DNA from: Octopus vulgaris
Lineage: Eukaryota
Length of the DNA stretch: 64,000 nt
NCBI GenBank assembly: GCA_951406725.2
Contig: OX597828.1
Coordinates: 20,522,001-20,586,000 of the forward strand
Reading direction: 5' to 3'
Part shown: one piece after another, positions 57,655-64,000 of the stretch
Numbering within the stretch: position 1 is the stretch's first letter
Layout of the letters: each line of letters starts with the position of its first letter
Program-made: the position numbers and the translations under genes
The notes under the pieces: model-generated
The model's database searches: none
What the model was told of the DNA's origin: nothing
What the model saw: the letters and a program-made list of their open reading frames with translations, nothing else

Positions 57655-58338
57655 ATGTATAGTAATGATGCGATGTTTTGCAGCTGGTTGAACGTAAACG
57701 ATTTAGCGCGGCTGACTGGACTTTCAGCCTATTTTGGCGACAGTATTTTCTAGTGCCGGAGACAAATACTTGGAGGGGGGGTATACAGACATACGCACAT
57801 ACTCACACATACCCACACACTTACACTTAAACAAGCGTGCAGAAATGCGCTCATTCGCTTACAAAGAATGAGAGGTGGGCAGCGGGGGATATTATTGTTT
57901 ATTTATCGAATAAGATTGATATTAACAGTTTCATTTCGTCATGCACATAATAAAAATATATTCACACGCATAAAGAGAGAAAGAGAGGAAGGAATTAAAG
58001 GAGGAAGAGAGGGAATAAGAGGAACATAAAAGCGTCGGATGTCAAATAAGACAGCGTCGACTCATAGGGGCCAAATAAGCGGGGCCAAACCACATATGCC
58101 AAAACGTCTCAAATCCCTTATGACTGGAATTTTGGAATATGCGCATAAAAATCAGTAGTATGGGATACATGTGGCACGATTACAATTTTTTTAGGGTGTG
58201 TAAAGAGGGAAATAACCCTCATCTGCAATTTTGATGAAAGTTGAAACATAGATATTCCAGTTCATTACAGAAAATATAACAGAAAAGTCTAATTCTTCAT
58301 TTGCATGTAACACGGGCAACGCTGGGTATCTCTGCTAG
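57655..58338 (+). mobile_element. non-autonomous Helitron-like element
   Basis: 3' end has an imperfect GC hairpin CACGGGCAACGCTGGG followed by CTAG (58335-58338) and T; the 5' boundary is uncertain. Confidence 0.6.
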
Positions 58339-58423
58339 TATATATATATATATATATTTTATAAAGGGCTTAGTAAAATAAATTACTTTGCCACATACTG
58401 AACTCATTAGAAATAGCAATTGT

Positions 58424-58525
<102 letters not shown>

Positions 58526-58559
58526 CATATATATATATATATATATAAATATACATATA

Positions 58560-58664
<105 letters not shown>

Positions 58665-58750
58665 GAAAGAATGGAGTCGACCGTGTTTCTGACGTGAATT
58701 TGCTACCCAGGTATCGATTAACCGAATTATCGACACTAGGATAATTCATC

Positions 58751-58802
<52 letters not shown>

Positions 58803-59424
58803 ACTTTCGTTATGTTTCAAGCTAATTCGAATCTCACGAAGAAATACCACTTAATCTCTCAGATTTTTCATGATGATTTATTTTCTGAAGCAATGATTAG
58901 TTAAAATTTGATTGCTACAGCTCTCTTCCATCTATTAAGCCACTTCTTACTAATGATATATGAAACTGAAGTTTCGTATGAAATTTCCAGTCTATGTGAT
59001 TTCCACACATTTAAAAGCAATGCTATTATTTAATTTGCTTTCTAAGTCGGCGAGTTGGCAGAATCCTTAGCAAGCTGGATGGAATGCTTTGCTATATCTC
59101 GCCCATCGCTACAGTCTGAGTTCAAATTCCGCCGAGGTTATCCTTTCAGGGTCGATAAATTAAGTACCAGTGAAACACTGTGGTCGATGTAATCGATTAG
59201 TCCCCTCTCTCCCAAAATTTCAAATCTTCTGCCTTTGGTAGAAGGGATTATTTAATTTCGTGAAGTATATTTGCCACTTAAGTGTGGCTAACCCTTAAGG
59301 GTTGATGTTACTGTAGCTTGTAGCCCCAGGAAGGCATCTTCAGCTGGCTATTAACACACTTTCTGCGCCCTATCAGTATTTGCAAAGGGAGGTCATCCTT
59401 CCCATCTCCAGCCTGATGTGATAT

Positions 59425-59467
59425 ACACGGGCCCGGGTTTCTGGATAATGACCCGTCATCAGCTTGT
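59425..59467 (-). ncRNA. minimal hammerhead, copy 1 (cleavage triplet mutated)
   Basis: ACAAG-CTGATGA-CGGGTCATTATCCA-GAAA-CCCGGG-CC-CGTGT. Confidence 0.65.
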
Positions 59468-59780
59468 GTCAATCACCGGTTGGCGATGTGAAGTGGTTCC
59501 CAATGCAAATATCCTTTTTCCAGTGACGAAAAGTCACAGATTTCGAAAAAGAGGAAACAAGCAATAATAAATCTCTGAGCGAGGTATTTATAAACAGTTG
59601 CTGCACGACATTGTGAAGTATATTTGCCTCCAAAATGTGGCTAACCTTTAAGGGTTGATGCTACTGTAGCTTGTAGCCCCAAGAAGACATCTTCTCCAGC
59701 TGGCTATTGACACACTTTCTGTGCCCTATCAATATTTGCAAAAGGAAGGTATCCTTCCCATCTCCAGCTTGACGTGATAT

Positions 59781-59823
59781 ACACAGACCCGAGTTTCTGT
59801 GTATTGACCCGTCATCAGCGTCT
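59781..59823 (-). ncRNA. minimal hammerhead, copy 2 (GUC intact)
   Basis: AGACG-CTGATGA-CGGGTCAATACACA-GAAA-CTCGGG-TC-TGTGT. Confidence 0.7.
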
Positions 59824-59909
59824 GAAATTTTCATTAAATTCAGTCCTTAAAGTCCCTTCACTTTCTGAAAAATTCCCAGAATTTATACTCATCTGCACAG
59901 TCGGGACTT

Positions 59910-60305
59910 GGCGTAATCGTGACTGTGTGGTAAATAGTTTGCTTTCCAGTCATGTGATTCGGGTCCAGTCCTCCAGTGTGGCACATTGGGCAAGTGTTGT
60001 CTACTGTAGCTATGTGCTGACCAATGACTCGTTGGTGGATTTGGTAGGTAGAAACTGAAAGAAACCCATCGTATACATGTGTGCGTGTATGTGTTTTTGT
60101 CTCCTATCACCGCTTGACCACTGGTGTTGGTTTGTTTACGCCCATGCAACTTAGAGGTCCGGCAAAAATTGACCTGTAGTATAAGGTCGTAGAACAAATA
60201 AGGCTTAAAACAAATAAATACTGGGGTCGATTTGTTCCACTAAAATCTTTAAGGCGGTGACCCAGCATGGCCGCGATCTAATGCCTGAAAACCAGTAAAA
60301 GAAAA
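59910..60305 (+). mobile_element. SINE family A, diverged
   Basis: Family blocks present. Confidence 0.8.
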
Positions 60306-60349
60306 ATTCGAGTACGTATCCATCACATGACACATCATTCTATTCATTC

Positions 60350-60730
60350 CTTCGGTCTTCATAATTTTAGTTTTACAACTGTTTATCTTTTATCGTACAT
60401 CGTTACTTCTTTCATCAAGCTTGTAGATCATTCTTTCTATTGTTGATGTTTCTTTACTAAGCGCAGTAAAGTCATTAGCATAATCAAAAACCACCAAATA
60501 CTTTCCAGAAATACATTCTTTCTTGGCTTCCATTTTTGTTCACTTCGTTTATGTCGAAATGTATTAAAATAACTAACAAGGGAGTTGATTGAACTACACC
60601 CTGCAGCACTCCACTCACAACTTCAAATTCATCTGACACCAGACCGTCTAAATTTACTTGATAGTTTCTCCCCAGGGATAATGTACTTATCACATTAACG
60701 TCATTTTTCCACAATACACCATTGTAACGG
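60350..60730 (-). mobile_element. CR1/L2-like RT remnant
   Basis: GRNYQVNLDGLVSDEFEVVSGVLQGVVQSTPLLV..DINE, then YANDF (YADD-like). Confidence 0.65.
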
Positions 60731-61157
60731 TGTGCTTTAAAAGTTAAATCCTTATGTGTGATAGTACTTGATATCTATTCCCTTGTCTCGCTCCCTAATC
60801 CTTAGCCCAAACCCCTAGTCCCTAATCTATGTTCCCTTGTCTAGGTATCCACTCCAACAGTAACAAATGATGTTTTATATTTACTGGCAAACCATAGTTC
60901 CGTTTCACTTTCAAACTGGTAAACTTGTACACAATCTCAAAAGAATATTTTTTTGGTAAGTTTATTAACGCTATAAACAAAGACTATCTGAATTCAAGTC
61001 TATTATTCTATAACGTCTGACCAAAACTATCTGATCACTACAACCACTTTATAACCAGGCGCAGTGTTTATCTATCGTTTCGTACACTTTCCAATGCGAT
61101 CTCTGTACACATTTGAGGATAACCAAACTGAACGTTATCAATATTACATTGCTCAAA

Positions 61158-62600
<1,443 letters not shown>

Positions 62601-62700
62601 TTGCTCAGTTTTATGGCATCCGCTCCGAAATTACCCTTTTTGTTATTCTACTCCATACACAGACTTTATAATTTCCATCTTTTTACCCGGGAACTTTTTG

Positions 62701-63273
62701 ATACCTATTTCTTTACTACCCACAAGGGGCTAAACACAGAGAGGACAAACAAGGACAGACAAACGGATTAAGTTGATTATATTGACCCCAGTGCGTAACT
62801 GGTACTTATTTAATCGACCCCCGAAAGGATGAAAGGCAAAGTCGACCTCGGTGGAATTTGAACTCAGAACGTAACGGCAGACGAAATACCTATTTCTTTA
62901 CTACCCACAAGGGGCTAAACACAGAGAGGACAAACAAGGACAGAGAAACGGATTAAGTTGATTATATCGACCCCAGTGCGCAACTGGTACTTATTTAATC
63001 GACCCCCGAAAGGAGGAAAGGCAAAGTCGACCTCGATGGAATTTGAACTCAGAACGTAACGGCAGACGAGATGCCTATTTCTTTACTACCCACAAGGGGC
63101 TAAACACAGAGAGGACAAACAAGGACAGAGAAACGGATTAAGTTGATTATATCGACCCCAGTGCGTAACTGGTACTTATTTAATCGACCCCCGAAAGGAT
63201 GAAAGGCAAAGTCGACCTCGGTGGAATTTGAACTCAGAACGTAACGGCAGGCGAACGTTTCTGCCAGCTCGCC
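62701..63273 (-). mobile_element. SINE family B with three tandem 185-bp body units
   Basis: Units start at 62701, 62886 and 63071 and are nearly identical; a single shortened head lies at 63255-63273. Confidence 0.92.
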
Positions 63274-63469
63274 GAACTTTTTGATACCACCATGTGTATA
63301 TTATGATATAGCTCAAGGCGATGAGGCTTGCAAAACAGTTAGAGCATCGGTGGAGTCACTCTATTCTGTCTTCCTTCCAGATCTTTCCATTCTGAGTTCC
63401 ACTCAGCAATGCGTTTCCTTTCAGGGTCGATTAAATAAAAGTACCAGTCAAGTTCTAGTGTGAATGGTA

Positions 63470-63990
63470 TCAAAACCATTGCGGCACGACTTCAATAATG
63501 CTCTTGATCTTGCGATGACGTGGTTTTTAGCATTTCTCCTCCAATTTCATTCTAATCTACGATCATTTCCGCGTTTTTGCTTGCTTGTATTTTAGTTGTT
63601 TTGGGTGGGGGTGGATTTTGGTGGGATTTATTGCCGCTTTTTTCTTTTTTTTTTTTTTACTTGTTCAAAGACTGTTGCTATACCTCAGCAGATATTTTAT
63701 GTACGACCAGTTCCAGCGCGTCTTCTGATTCAAGAATCATAAGAACATTGCTATCATTAAACGTCTTTTTCATGTGTCTATTAAAATGTTCTTAGCATTT
63801 TTATTAGATGTTTATATCAGATGTTATTGGTTGACCGTCAGTACCAAACACTAGCAATCCTTTTGATCTCAAATACAAACACTGACTCGTATACATGCAT
63901 ACATTTATTCACAAATGATCGCGAAGCCTGCTAAATTGAATACTGTTTTCTTGAGCCAATCATGGTGCTTCTCTGAGATCACTTGAAAAG
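63470..63990 (-). mobile_element. highly decayed LINE RT remnant (Jockey/CR1-like)
   Basis: VFVFEIKRIASVWY resembles VFLD..KAFDSVW; the rest is heavily disrupted. Confidence 0.3.
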
Positions 63991-64000
63991 GAAATAACAG

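Larger units (their letters stand above)
59260..59823 (-). mobile_element. ~355-bp tandem unit (about 1.6 copies) with one hammerhead per unit: non-LTR retrozyme-like
   Basis: GTGAAGTATATTTGCC starts at 59260 and again at 59613; hammerhead motifs at 59425-59467 and 59781-59823. Confidence 0.75.

Noticed and set aside
58675-58750. 3' half of a hammerhead on the minus strand (GAAACACGGTC)
   Set aside because: The CTGANGA half is missing, apparently truncated by (TA)n.
60790-60830. Interstitial telomeric repeat (CCCTAA-like)
   Set aside because: Only a few degenerate units; more likely part of a small transposon.
62701-63273. Regularly spaced repeats suggesting a CRISPR array
   Set aside because: Whole 185-bp units repeat with no unique spacers; eukaryotic SINE sequence.

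Overview
AT-rich eukaryotic non-coding DNA (intergenic or deep intronic). The repeat repertoire strongly suggests a coleoid cephalopod, probably Octopus; this is an inference from SINE/LINE families and microsatellite density. No host protein-coding exon can be supported, and most listed ORFs are microsatellite translations. The window is a mosaic of: huge (ATT)n, (TA)n, (CA)n and (ATC)n tracts; at least four tRNA-derived SINE families; an array of R4/Dong-like RLE retrotransposon fragments in TAA repeats; RTE and CR1-like LINE relics; three Penelope-like (GIY-YIG) fragments; mariner/Tc1, Chapaev3-like and Helitron relics; and a tRNA-Thr(TGT) pseudogene. The main hidden signal is a set of minimal type I hammerhead-ribozyme motifs in short non-coding, partly tandem units. 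These include a ~355-bp tandem repeat with one hammerhead per unit (59260-59823), which looks like a retrozyme or non-autonomous Penelope-type element. Other highlights: a 5'-inverted RTE insertion with its matching bipartite SINE, non-autonomous Dong-associated elements with a conserved 5' hairpin, and a ~530-bp near-perfect palindrome. All coordinates and alignments were read by eye.
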